Shown here: positions 18,535-28,448 of the stretch, piece after piece | How the letters are laid out: every line of letters begins with the position of its first letter | How positions within the stretch are numbered: the stretch's first letter is position 1 | NCBI GenBank assembly: GCA_050261335.1 | Contig: JBLNDE010000009.1 | Span: 30,010-94,009 of the forward strand | From: Bacillota bacterium | GTDB taxonomy: Bacteria; Bacillota; SHA-98; UBA4971 | Direction of reading: 5' to 3' | DNA: 64,000 nucleotides | Position numbers and translations under genes: made by a program | The notes under the pieces: model-generated | The model's input: the letters and a program-made list of their open reading frames with translations, nothing else | Told to the model about the DNA's origin: nothing | Database searches by the model: none

Positions 18535-20397
18535 ATGCGGGAGATGCACGGATATGCCGGCACCGTCTTGAGGATCAACCTGTCCACGAGGGCGGTGTCG
18601 CGAGAGCCGCTCACGGAGGATCTCGCGGCCGACTACATAGGCGGGCGGGGCTTCGGAGCCAGCTTCGTCTGCCGCGAACTCCCTGCAGGCACGGACCCGC
18701 TAGGCCCCGGGAACAAACTCGTGGTGGCCGCAGGGCCATTCTCCGGCGTCTTCCTGCCGAGCGGGGCCAAGACCAGTATTTCGGCGAAGAGCCCTGCAAC
18801 GGGCCTGTACGGCGACAGCAACATAGGGGGCCACCTCGCAAGCGAACTCAAGTATGCAGGGTATGATGCCATCGTCATCGAAGGGAAGGCTCCTCAGCTA
18901 TCCTACCTCTTCATCGAAGACGACCGGGTAGAGGTCCGCCCCTGTGAGTACCTCCGGGGGATGGGCGCGATAAAGGCGGAGAAGGTCTTCAAGGACGAGC
19001 TCGGCGACGAATTCCAGATCGCCACGATCGGGCCTGCAGGCGAGAACATGGTGGTATTCGCCTCCGTGAACCACGACATCGGGCGGCAGGCCGGAAGGTG
19101 CGGCATGGGCGCGGTCATGGGATCCAAGAACCTGAAGGCCATCGCAGTGCGGGGCACCGGCGGCGTGCCCGTGGCCGACATGGGGGCCCTCCGCAAGGTG
19201 GCCGACGAGATGTTCTCGGCCCTTGCCGCGAACCCTGCGCTCAAAGTATGGCAGGACCAGGGCCTCGCCCAGGTCACCACGTGGTCCAACTCCATCGGGG
19301 CGCTTCCCACCCGCAACTTCAGGCAGAACTTCTACGAAAACGCCGAAGCCCTGAGCGGCGAGCGCATGCGCAGCGACATCCACGTGCGCGACAAGGCCTG
19401 CTTCGCGTGCCCGATGGCGACGGGCAAGTACTGCCGCGCGCGCCACCGGGGTGAGACGGTGTTCGTCGAGGGCCCCGAGTACGAGACCACAGCCCTCATC
19501 GGAAGCAACTGCGCTCTCCAGTCCATCGAGGAGGTGGCCTTCGCCAACTACATGTGCGACGAGCTGGGCCTCGACACCATCTCCGGCGGCAGCGCGGTGG
19601 CCTTCACCATGGAGTGCTTCGAGCGGGGCGTAATCACGAAGGAGGACACCGGCGGCATCGAAGCACGCTTCGGAAGCCTGGACGCCTTCGTCGAGATCGT
19701 GAAGCTCATAGCAGCCCGCCAGGGGATAGGCGAACCCCTCTCGAGGGGCGTGAGGGCCGCGGCGGAGGCCTGGGGAGGCGGAAGCAAGGATTTCGCGATC
19801 CAGGTCAAGGGCCTCGAGTGGAGCGGGTACGAGTCGCGCGGGGCGCCGTCCATGATGCTCGCTTACATGACGTGCGACATCGGCGCGCACCACAACCGGG
19901 CATGGTCCATCACCCACGACATCGCCGTGGGGCGCAACGTGATCCAGGGCAAGGCTGCGAAGGTCATCGAGCTGCAGCACGTAAGGCCCCTCTTCGACTG
20001 TCTCGGGGTATGCCGGCTGCAGTGGGTCGAGCTGGGACTGCCGCTCGAATACTACGCCAGGCTCTACCCGGCGGTAACGGGGCGCGAGGATTCGTGGGAC
20101 GATCTCCTTCTCAAGTCCGAGCGTATCTGGAACCTCGTACGCGCCTTCGCCGTGCGCGAAAGGCCCGACTTCGGCAGAGCGGACGACCAGCCGCCGAGAA
20201 GGTTCTATACGGAGCCCGTCCCTGATGGACCCCTCGCGGGATCGCGAATCACCCGCGAGGACCTGGACACGCTTCTGGACGAGTATTACGACCTTCGAGG
20301 CTGGGACAGGGGCGGAAGGCCCACGGCGGCCACACTCGAAAGGCTTGGCCTTGGTGACGTCGCGTCCGAGCTTCAGGCGATGGGGCGGATCTCATGA
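18535..20397 (+). CDS. aor: Tungsten-containing aldehyde:ferredoxin oxidoreductase (AOR family)
   Basis: AOR N-terminal domain (GYAGTVLRINLSTRAV...) and C-terminal domains. Confidence 0.85.
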   Translation: MREMHGYAGTVLRINLSTRAVSREPLTEDLAADYIGGRGFGASFVCRELPAGTDPLGPGNKLVVAAGPFSGVFLPSGAKTSISAKSPATGLYGDSNIGGHLASELKYAGYDAIVIEGKAPQLSYLFIEDDRVEVRPCEYLRGMGAIKAEKVFKDELGDEFQIATIGPAGENMVVFASVNHDIGRQAGRCGMGAVMGSKNLKAIAVRGTGGVPVADMGALRKVADEMFSALAANPALKVWQDQGLAQVTTWSNSIGALPTRNFRQNFYENAEALSGERMRSDIHVRDKACFACPMATGKYCRARHRGETVFVEGPEYETTALIGSNCALQSIEEVAFANYMCDELGLDTISGGSAVAFTMECFERGVITKEDTGGIEARFGSLDAFVEIVKLIAARQGIGEPLSRGVRAAAEAWGGGSKDFAIQVKGLEWSGYESRGAPSMMLAYMTCDIGAHHNRAWSITHDIAVGRNVIQGKAAKVIELQHVRPLFDCLGVCRLQWVELGLPLEYYARLYPAVTGREDSWDDLLLKSERIWNLVRAFAVRERPDFGRADDQPPRRFYTEPVPDGPLAGSRITREDLDTLLDEYYDLRGWDRGGRPTAATLERLGLGDVASELQAMGRIS

Positions 20398-20627
20398 AAG
20401 TCGTAGTGGAGATCTCGAAGATCCTCCTGGCCGTGCGGCCTGGGCTTGCCGAGAGAGCGGAGCTCGATCTTCCTGAAGGGTCAACAGTGGCAGATGCTCT
20501 TGCTGCAGCAGGTCTTGCGCAGGGATTATGGGGTATCGTGCTTGTCGGAGACAGGGTGACGAACGTCTCGGCGAAGCTGGCGCCGGGCGACAGGATCACG
20601 GCCCTCCCACCGGTCTCGGGCGGCTGA
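20394..20627 (+). CDS. MoaD/ThiS-family sulfur-carrier protein
   Basis: 77 aa ending in Gly-Gly; overlaps aor stop. Confidence 0.65.
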   Translation: MKVVVEISKILLAVRPGLAERAELDLPEGSTVADALAAAGLAQGLWGIVLVGDRVTNVSAKLAPGDRITALPPVSGG

Positions 20628-20659
20628 GTAAGGATTCGGAGATGCTCCGGACGCTGGCA

Positions 20660-20698
20660 GGGGTTGCCGGTGACTCAAGGAGAGAGCGCAACACCGCG
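20660..20698 (+). repeat. Short fragment of the MITE-like repeat (inverted-repeat core only)
   Basis: GGTTGCCGGTG...GCGCAACACCGC. Confidence 0.35.
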
Positions 20699-21015
20699 AG
20701 CCCTGCAACCGCCGGAGAACGCGGAGGAACTGACGGGCCCTCACTCAGGCTGGTCGGACGGCAACACAAAAGAACACAGGAGACGGTGTGCGAGACAACC
20801 CCGTCCGCGCATAGCATGTAATGTGTCGCCCTCCGGGGAGGGCACGAGACTTGCGCCGGGCGGGGTTGGTGCATTTGGAGAAGCCCAGGATCACGAACGT
20901 GTGGGCCACAGAGCACGCGGACGCTGTGTGCCGTCGGATGCTTTCGCGCCTTGTCATCGAGGCGACGCTTCCGGTCCTCCATCGTATCCGCGCGGCATCC
21001 CCGGGCGAGGTGCGA

Positions 21016-22434
21016 ATGGATCTCCCGGGATCCGACCTCGCGATGGCTCCGGCAACGATAGTGGTGAACGACGGTCTCCTAGTCGACATTGCGGTGACAG
21101 GCGGCTCCCCACAGCCCTCGGTGGTGGCCAGGCTGGAGCACACGCCGTCGTGGGGCGTGACGCAGGCAGCAGGGGTCCCGGCGCGCCTGATCGTGGACTT
21201 CGACCGAAGCCCTGTACGAGCCATCTTCGAGGGCAGAGTGGTGGTAGTGGACCCGGGGCACGGTGGAAGCGACCCCGGAGAGCACGGTCCCGTCAACCTC
21301 CTCGAGAAGAACGTCGTCCTCGACATGGCACGCGTGCTGTCCACCCGCCTCGAGCTTGCCGGGGCGGCCGTGGTGATGACCCGGACCTCCGACGAAGGGG
21401 TCCCGGCGGCAAAGCGGTTCGCCCAGGCGAAGGATGCTGGGGCCGACGCCTTCGTGAGCATCCACACCTCCGGATCTTCCGACCGGACCGTCGCGGGATC
21501 CCGCACGCTTCACCTTCCTGACGCCGAGAGCGAGACGCTCGCCAGGTACATACAGTCGTCCCTCGCCGAGAGACTGCCTGTGATGACGAAGGGCGTGGCA
21601 AGGTATCCGGCCAGACTCCCCGCTAACCCGGGGATGCCCTGCGTGTTTGTGGAGGTGGCCACCATCACCAACTGGGTGGAGGAGGGGTGGTTTCGCAGCA
21701 GCACCTTCAAGGAGCGGGCTGCGTCCGCCATCATGACCGGCCTCAAGCGCTACTTCGCCGGACGGGCCGGGCACCGCCGGGAGGCGGGAGAGGTTCCCGT
21801 CAAGGTCGACGCGATCCCCATCAGGACTCACCTTGTGGGAGAGGACGAGAAGATCGCTGACGTGGTGCGCCGATACGTCCGGGGGATCGCGCACCCCGGG
21901 GACGTGGTCGCGGTGGCCGAGAGCGTCGTCGCGATCACGCAGGGCAGGGCCGTGCTGCCCGGGTCGGTGCGTCCCGGGCCTCTGGCGCGCGTGCTGTGCA
22001 AGCTGCCGGGCAAGGACGGCAGCCTCGCAACACCGCCTGCGATGCAGCTTGCCATAAACGAGGCGGGGGTCGCCAGGGTGCTGCTGGGTACCGCAGCGGC
22101 AGGGATCGGGCGGGTGCTCGGGCGAAGGGGGGATTTCTTCAGGGTGGCCGGGCCTTCGCTCGCCCAGATTGACGACATCGCGGGCACGATGCCTCCCTAT
22201 GACAAGCACGTCATCCTGGGGCCCGCAGACCCCGATGAGGTTGCGCGCGAGATCCGGGAGGCCGTCGGGGTTGACGTCGTGGTCGTCGACGTGAACGACA
22301 TCGGCTGCGTCGATATCCTGGGCTCGACCCTCGCTGGCAAGACCGATTGGGTGTCCCGGGCGCTGGCCCACAATCCCTTCGGCAACGATGACCAGCAAAC
22401 GCCCGTAGTTGTCCTCAAGCCGCACAGGACTTGA
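21016..22434 (+). CDS. Fusion protein: N-terminal AMIN-like segment + N-acetylmuramoyl-L-alanine amidase (Amidase_3, CwlD-like) + C-terminal CofE-like (F420-0:gamma-glutamyl ligase-like) domain
   Basis: VVVVDPGHGGSDPG...ADAFVSIHTSG amidase motifs; C-terminal IPIRTHLVGED...GDVVAVAESVVAITQGRAV and VVVVDVNDIG resemble CofE; no internal stop; ORF extends to 20821. Confidence 0.55.
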   Translation: MDLPGSDLAMAPATIVVNDGLLVDIAVTGGSPQPSVVARLEHTPSWGVTQAAGVPARLIVDFDRSPVRAIFEGRVVVVDPGHGGSDPGEHGPVNLLEKNVVLDMARVLSTRLELAGAAVVMTRTSDEGVPAAKRFAQAKDAGADAFVSIHTSGSSDRTVAGSRTLHLPDAESETLARYIQSSLAERLPVMTKGVARYPARLPANPGMPCVFVEVATITNWVEEGWFRSSTFKERAASAIMTGLKRYFAGRAGHRREAGEVPVKVDAIPIRTHLVGEDEKIADVVRRYVRGIAHPGDVVAVAESVVAITQGRAVLPGSVRPGPLARVLCKLPGKDGSLATPPAMQLAINEAGVARVLLGTAAAGIGRVLGRRGDFFRVAGPSLAQIDDIAGTMPPYDKHVILGPADPDEVAREIREAVGVDVVVVDVNDIGCVDILGSTLAGKTDWVSRALAHNPFGNDDQQTPVVVLKPHRT

Positions 22435-22492
22435 CCTTCCGAACCGAACTCGAGGCATGACGGCGGACCTACAGTCATAGTACGGTACCGCC

Positions 22493-24139
22493 ATGAAATC
22501 TCAGTCGTTCCTCAAAGGAACCGCGATTCTGGTAGCCGCGGGCATCGCCACGAAAGTGCTCGGGGCGCTCTTCACCATTCCCCTGGCCCGCCTCATAGGC
22601 GCGGAAGGCGTCGGCCTCCTCCACCTGGCGTCACCCGTGTTCTCAATGGCTCTCGTCCTCTGCGTCTCGGGGCTGCCGGTGGCCACGTCGAAGCTGGTTG
22701 CGGAACGCCTGGCCCGGGGCGACCCCTCCGGCGCAAGGCAGGTCCTGCTGGTGTGCCTTGGGCTCGTCATCCCCGTGGGGATGGTCCTCTCGGCGGCGCT
22801 GTATGCGGGGGCCGGCTTCATAAGCACGTTCGTCGTCAGAGACCCGAGAGCCTACTTCCCCATGAAGTACCTTTCTCCCGCTCTGGCGCTCGCCGCTGTC
22901 TCGAGCGCGCTTCGCGGTTATTTTCAGGGCCACCGGACCATGATTCCGACTGCCGCCTCACACGTGGTGGAGCAGGTCGTCAGGCTGGTGGTGGGCCTGA
23001 GCCTCGCATACGCCTTTCTTCCGAGGGGCGCGCAGTGGGCCGCGGCCGGTGCCGCCGCCGGAAGCTCCACAGGAGCTGCAGCGGGCCTTGTCATGCTCGG
23101 GGCGTTCTACCTTGCGGCGCCCGTGGATCGTCCGGCCCCATCGACGGCGCGACGACTGCCCTCCAGGAGATGGCCCGATACGCGGCGCCGGCCGCGGCGT
23201 ACTCTGCCGGGGAATGCGGCAGGTGAGACCCTCCGGCAACTTCTGTCCCTTGCCGGCCCCGCAACAGCTGCCGCGCTCACCCTTCCTCTGCTCGACGCCA
23301 TCAACGCCGTCGTAGTGCCGGCCAGGCTGCAGCAGGCGGGCTGGTCCGTGACTGACGCCACGCGCCTGTACGGGCACCTCTCCGTGATGGCTGTCGGCCT
23401 CGTGGCCCTGCCGGGCGTGGTGACCTCTGCGGTCGCCACGAACCTGGTGCCCCAGGTAGCCGCGGCGGACGCGGGGGGCGAGAGACGTCGTGCGAGAATG
23501 CTGGCCCGGCAAGCCATAAGGAGCGCTCTCGTGATAGGCCTTCCGGCCTCCGCCGGGCTCGCGGTGTTACCCACCCAGATATGCGCCTTGCTCTTCAAAG
23601 ATCCGGCAGGCGGAGTGCCTCTTTCATCCATGGCCTTCGCCTCCGTCTTCTTCTGCCTTCAACAGACCACGGCAGGGGTCCTGAACGGGTCGGGGAAAGT
23701 CATTGTGCCCGCAAGAAACGGGATCGTCGGCGCCATCGTCGCGGGCGCCGTAAACTACGTTCTGACCGCCATGCCGGAGGTCGGCGTCCGTGGGGCAGCC
23801 GTTGGCACAGGCCTTGCCTTCCTTGTGACGGCCGCTCTCAACACCGGCGCCGTGGGCAGGCTCACCGGCGAGGGTATCGGCCTCCTGGCCGCCGGGTGGA
23901 GGATCCTCGCAAGCTGCGCCTTGATGGTGCCGGTGGTCGGCATGGTGTCCCGCGTGCTCCTCGCACGTACGTTGAGTAACTCGCTCTCCACGTCCGCGGC
24001 GATCCTTGCGGGCATCCTCGCGTACAGCCTCGGCCTCGTCGTCCTCGGCGAGCTTGCCTACAGGGAAGTAGCCCTCATCCCCTTCATCGGCCCTCGCCTT
24101 GCCTGCGCGCTCCAGCGCGCAGGCGTCCTGCGAAGGTAG
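22493..24139 (+). CDS. spoVB: SpoVB-like MOP-superfamily polysaccharide/lipid-II flippase
   Basis: 548 aa, ~14 TM; N-terminus typical of SpoVB/MurJ-like proteins. Confidence 0.7.
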   Translation: MKSQSFLKGTAILVAAGIATKVLGALFTIPLARLIGAEGVGLLHLASPVFSMALVLCVSGLPVATSKLVAERLARGDPSGARQVLLVCLGLVIPVGMVLSAALYAGAGFISTFVVRDPRAYFPMKYLSPALALAAVSSALRGYFQGHRTMIPTAASHVVEQVVRLVVGLSLAYAFLPRGAQWAAAGAAAGSSTGAAAGLVMLGAFYLAAPVDRPAPSTARRLPSRRWPDTRRRPRRTLPGNAAGETLRQLLSLAGPATAAALTLPLLDAINAVVVPARLQQAGWSVTDATRLYGHLSVMAVGLVALPGVVTSAVATNLVPQVAAADAGGERRRARMLARQAIRSALVIGLPASAGLAVLPTQICALLFKDPAGGVPLSSMAFASVFFCLQQTTAGVLNGSGKVIVPARNGIVGAIVAGAVNYVLTAMPEVGVRGAAVGTGLAFLVTAALNTGAVGRLTGEGIGLLAAGWRILASCALMVPVVGMVSRVLLARTLSNSLSTSAAILAGILAYSLGLVVLGELAYREVALIPFIGPRLACALQRAGVLRR

Positions 24140-24369
24140 CTCATGGCCCGTATCACACCATCGCCGCGGCCGTCCCGGCCCACATCGCAGTTCTCCTCGC
24201 TGCGAATGTATGCTAGAATTGGATTGGCCCTTCTTACGAACTATACAGCCAGGTATGGGCTCGTCGATCCCAGTCGGCTCACGAGCCGGTTCCGGGTCGG
24301 TTACCGGGGCTTGCGCCACCGGGCCTCGGCATTCGGCCGCTTGCCTGCAGGGCTGGAGAGGACGGGGCG

Positions 24370-25692
24370 ATGCGGAAGTACTTCATTCAGACCTTCGGAT
24401 GTCAGATGAACGAGCATGACTCGGAAGTGATCGCGGGAATGCTCGAGGATCGAGGCTACGTCGCGGCCCACGCGATCGATGATGCGGACCTTGTGATCTT
24501 CAACACCTGCTGTGTGCGGGAGAACCCCGAGAGGAAGGTGTACGGGCGGGCTGCGGACCTCAAGCGGCTCAAGCTGGCAAAACCCGACCTCATCATAGGA
24601 ATCTGCGGGTGCATGGTTCAACAGGAAGGCGAGGCGCAGCGCATAGCTCGAAAGCTGCCCCACGTGGATCTCGTGCTCGGCACCATGAACCTTCACCGTC
24701 TCCCGGATCTCCTGGACAGGGTCGAGGCGGGACAGAAGGCTGTCGAGGTCTGGGACGAGGAGGGCGGCATAGTCGAGGGCCTTCCCGCCCGCCGGGCCGA
24801 GGCGGTGTCCGCGTGGGTGACCATCATGTACGGCTGCGACAACTTCTGCTCATACTGCATCGTGCCCTACGTGCGGGGCCGCGAGAGAAGCCGCAGGTTC
24901 GAGGACGTAGTGGAGGAGGTCAGAGACCTCGGGAGAGCAGGCTACCGCGAGGTCGTCCTGCTCGGCCAGAACGTGAACTCGTACGGGCACGACCTCGCGG
25001 ACGGCCGCGACTTCGCCGACCTCCTGCAGGCGCTCGACGGGACTCCGGGCATATACAGGATTCGCTATACCACGAGCCACCCGAGGGACTTCTCCCAGAA
25101 GCTCATCGACACCATCGCCGCATCGAAGACCATCTGCGAGCACTTCCACCTGCCCCTTCAGGCCGGATCCGACAGGGTGCTGGCGCGCATGAACCGCGGC
25201 TACACGCAAGGGCAATACGTCGACCTCGTGCGTCGCATCCGCGAGGCCGTCCCGGGATCGTCCATCACCACCGATCTGATCGTGGGCTTCCCAGGTGAGA
25301 CAGAGGAGGACTTCCTCGAGACCCTCAAGGTGGTCCGCGAGGTGCGGTTCGATTCGGCCTTCACGTTCGTGTTCTCGCCGCGCCGCGGCACAGCTGCCGC
25401 CCGCATGAAGGACCAGGTGCCCGAGGACGTCAAGAGCGAGCGGATACAGCGGCTCATCGAAGTGCAGGAGGACATCACCGTGGAGATCAACAAGGGCCTT
25501 GCGGGCAAGGTGGTCGAGGTCCTCGTGGAGGGAGAGAGCAAGACGAGCCCCGCCATGCTGGCAGGCCGCACGCGCACGAACAAGCTCGTGGTATTCCCCC
25601 GCGACGACCGCGCCCGGAGGGGAACCCTCGTCAAGGTCAGGATCACAAAACCCCAGGCCTGGACGCAGATGGGCGAGGTGGTGGGCGCTTGA
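24370..25692 (+). CDS. miaB: tRNA-i6A37 methylthiotransferase MiaB
   Basis: TRAM + radical-SAM domains (QTFGCQMNEHDSE; CDNFCSYC). Confidence 0.9.
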   Translation: MRKYFIQTFGCQMNEHDSEVIAGMLEDRGYVAAHAIDDADLVIFNTCCVRENPERKVYGRAADLKRLKLAKPDLIIGICGCMVQQEGEAQRIARKLPHVDLVLGTMNLHRLPDLLDRVEAGQKAVEVWDEEGGIVEGLPARRAEAVSAWVTIMYGCDNFCSYCIVPYVRGRERSRRFEDVVEEVRDLGRAGYREVVLLGQNVNSYGHDLADGRDFADLLQALDGTPGIYRIRYTTSHPRDFSQKLIDTIAASKTICEHFHLPLQAGSDRVLARMNRGYTQGQYVDLVRRIREAVPGSSITTDLIVGFPGETEEDFLETLKVVREVRFDSAFTFVFSPRRGTAAARMKDQVPEDVKSERIQRLIEVQEDITVEINKGLAGKVVEVLVEGESKTSPAMLAGRTRTNKLVVFPRDDRARRGTLVKVRITKPQAWTQMGEVVGA

Positions 25693-28448
25693 CGACCCCG
25701 ATGATTCAGCAGTACCAGGCGGTAAAGGCACGATACCCCGATGCCATACTCATGTTCAGGCTGGGCGACTTCTATGAGATGTTCAACGAGGACGCCGAGA
25801 TCGCCTCGCGGGTGCTCGAGATCACCCTGACCTCGCGGGAGACGGGCAAGGGCAACAGGATGCCCATGTGCGGCGTGCCTTACCATGCGGCGCAGGCCTA
25901 CATAGCACGGCTCGTGGATAGCGGCTACAAGGTCGCCGTGTGCGACCAGATGGAGGTGCCGGGGCCCGGAAGGCAGATCGTGAGGCGCGAGGTCACCCGG
26001 GTAGTGACGCCGGGGACCGTGACCGAGCCCGAGTTCCTGGACGCGAAGACCAACAACTACCTCGCAGCCCTCGCCATCCGCGGGCGCGCCATCGGTCTTG
26101 CGGTGGCCGACGTGTCCACGGGGGAGTTCGCCATGACCGAGGCGGCGGGGCAGCGGGCGCAGGATACCATCCTTGCGGAGGTGGCTCGGCTCGGTCCGAG
26201 GGAATGCCTCGTCCCGCCGGACGTGGCGAACGATTTCCGCCTGGCGGGGGCGCTGCGCGGGCTTGAGGGCCTCACGCTCACGCCGTGCAACGACCTGCGA
26301 GCATCCTCGTCCGCCGCGGTGCGCGCGGTCGAAGAGCAGTTCGGCTCTACCGCTCTGGAAGCCTCGGGCGCTCTTGAGTACCCGGCCGGCGTGCAGGCGG
26401 CCGGCATGGTCCTGCTCTACCTGCAAAGGACGCAGATGACCTCGCTGGCCCACATGAGCGTCCTCAGGGCTTACTCGTGTGGGGACGCCATGGGCCTCGA
26501 CCCGGAGACCAGGCGGAACCTGGAGATCTCTGACCCCATCCGCCGACGGTCGCGCGGCCGCACCTTGCTCGACGTGCTGGACCGCACCGTCACGTCAATG
26601 GGAGCGAGGCTGCTCCGTAGATGGCTGGACAGGCCCTCGCAGGACATCGCCGAGATCGGCCGGAGGCTCGACGCGGTCGAGGAGCTCGCGAAGGACGTCA
26701 TGGCCCGCTCCGACCTCAGGAGGGCGCTTGCGGCCGTGCGTGACATGGAGAGGCTGGCGACGCGGGTCTCAACGGGAGTCGCGGGGGCCCGGGACCTCGT
26801 GGCGCTTGCCGGCTCCTTTGCGGCTGCGCCGGAGGCGAGGGCAGTGCTCGGGCAGGCGAAGTGTGATGCCCTGCGCGAGCTTGCAACAAGGCTCGGCGAT
26901 CTTTCCGACGTGCGCGAGATCATCGTGGACGCCATCTCTGACGATCCGCCGCCCATCCTCACTGAAGGCGGCATAATCCGCGATGGCCACAGCGCGGAGC
27001 TTGACGAGCTGCGCCGGACGAGCGCGAAAAGCCGCGAGTTCCTGGCCTCGCTGGAGGCTGCTGAGAGGGAGCGCACGGGCATCAAGTCCCTCAAGGTCGG
27101 GTACAATCAGGTATTCGGGTATTACATCGAGGTCACCCGGGCGAACCTTCACCTCGTGCCGGAGGGCTGGATGAGGAGGCAGACGCTTTCGGGCGCGGAG
27201 CGGTTCATCACGCCCGAGCTCAAGGAGCACGAGGCCATCATCCTGAAGGCGAAGGACCGTGCGGCACGCCTGGAGTACGAGCTCTTCTCGGAGGTGCGGG
27301 CGCGCGTGGCCCGCGAGACCGCGCGAATCCAGGAAGCCGCGAGGGCGCTTGCGGAGGTCGACGTGTTTGCGAGCCTGGCGGACGTCGCGGCGTCCTATGG
27401 GTATGTGAGGCCGGTGATGTGCGAGGGCGGGGAGCTCGAGATCCTGGGCGCCAGGCACCCGGTAGTCGAGGCGTCCCTCCCGGCCGGGACATTCGTGCCC
27501 AATGACGTGCGGCTCGACACCGAAAACTGTCAGGTAATGGTCCTCACCGGGCCGAACATGGCTGGCAAGAGCACCCTAGGCAAGTCCGTGCTCCTCGTCG
27601 TGCTGATGGCTCACGTCGGCAGTTTCGTGCCGGCGACGTCGGCGCGCGTCCCGCTCACCGACAGGATCGCGGTGCGGGCGGGATCAAGCGAGGAGATCGC
27701 GCAGGGCAAGTCCACGTTCATGGTGGAGCTCTTGCAGACCGCGGCCATCCTGGGGCAGGCGACCGAGAGAACTCTCATCTTCATCGACGAGCTTGGCCGC
27801 GGGACGAGCACCTACGACGGAATGGCCATCGCCCAGGCGGTCATCGAGTACCTGCACAACAGGGTTGGCGCCAAGACCATATTCACGACGCACTTCCACG
27901 AACTTGCCGCGCTCGAGGAGCAGCTCCCTCGCGTCAGGAACTTCCGGGTGGAGGCGGAAGAACGGGGCGGGGAGGTCGTGTTCCTGTTCAGGCTGGTCCC
28001 CGGAGGGTGTGACAAGAGTTACGGGATAAATGTGGCACGGATGGCGGGAATGCCCGGCGAGGTCGTGAGGCGAGCCGGCGCCATCCTGCGCGAACTCGAG
28101 AGGCGGAGCCCCTCGCGGCCGCAGCAGACGAGCCTACTGGCGATGCTGATGGACCAGGATGGCGATGGCGGCGGCGCCAAGGTCCTGCCGCACCCACACG
28201 AACAGGGACGAGAACAGGGACAGGGGCAGGGGCAGGGACGAGGAGACGAACAGGAGCGGGGAGAAGCCGGCGTACCCGGCGGGCAGGGCACGGCGGGATG
28301 CTCAGTCTACCCGAACTGCGCCCATTCAGGGCTCGACGGGATGCTCGCCGAACTTCGTGCGCTCGACATAAACAGCATGACGCCTCTCGAGGCGCTCCAG
28401 AAACTCGCCGAGTTCAAGGCGAGGGCCGAGGGGAAGGGGGAAGTATGA
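25689..28448 (+). CDS. mutS: DNA mismatch repair protein MutS with a Gly/Gln-rich low-complexity C-terminal insertion
   Basis: MutS domains I-V, Walker A (GPNMAGKST). Confidence 0.9.
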   Translation: MTTPMIQQYQAVKARYPDAILMFRLGDFYEMFNEDAEIASRVLEITLTSRETGKGNRMPMCGVPYHAAQAYIARLVDSGYKVAVCDQMEVPGPGRQIVRREVTRVVTPGTVTEPEFLDAKTNNYLAALAIRGRAIGLAVADVSTGEFAMTEAAGQRAQDTILAEVARLGPRECLVPPDVANDFRLAGALRGLEGLTLTPCNDLRASSSAAVRAVEEQFGSTALEASGALEYPAGVQAAGMVLLYLQRTQMTSLAHMSVLRAYSCGDAMGLDPETRRNLEISDPIRRRSRGRTLLDVLDRTVTSMGARLLRRWLDRPSQDIAEIGRRLDAVEELAKDVMARSDLRRALAAVRDMERLATRVSTGVAGARDLVALAGSFAAAPEARAVLGQAKCDALRELATRLGDLSDVREIIVDAISDDPPPILTEGGIIRDGHSAELDELRRTSAKSREFLASLEAAERERTGIKSLKVGYNQVFGYYIEVTRANLHLVPEGWMRRQTLSGAERFITPELKEHEAIILKAKDRAARLEYELFSEVRARVARETARIQEAARALAEVDVFASLADVAASYGYVRPVMCEGGELEILGARHPVVEASLPAGTFVPNDVRLDTENCQVMVLTGPNMAGKSTLGKSVLLVVLMAHVGSFVPATSARVPLTDRIAVRAGSSEEIAQGKSTFMVELLQTAAILGQATERTLIFIDELGRGTSTYDGMAIAQAVIEYLHNRVGAKTIFTTHFHELAALEEQLPRVRNFRVEAEERGGEVVFLFRLVPGGCDKSYGINVARMAGMPGEVVRRAGAILRELERRSPSRPQQTSLLAMLMDQDGDGGGAKVLPHPHEQGREQGQGQGQGRGDEQERGEAGVPGGQGTAGCSVYPNCAHSGLDGMLAELRALDINSMTPLEALQKLAEFKARAEGKGEV

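Noticed and set aside
20821-21015. Upstream in-frame portion of the amidase ORF (MCRPPGRARDLRR...)
   Set aside because: No RBS at 20821 or at the M40 candidate. The sequence is low-complexity. The ATG at 21016 has a GAGGTG RBS and begins the recognisable domain. The upstream start cannot be fully excluded.
20664-21521. 285-aa Arg-rich ORF (+) upstream of and overlapping the amidase gene
   Set aside because: Different frame from the domain-bearing ORF. Composition-driven (Arg/Gly/Pro), no motifs.
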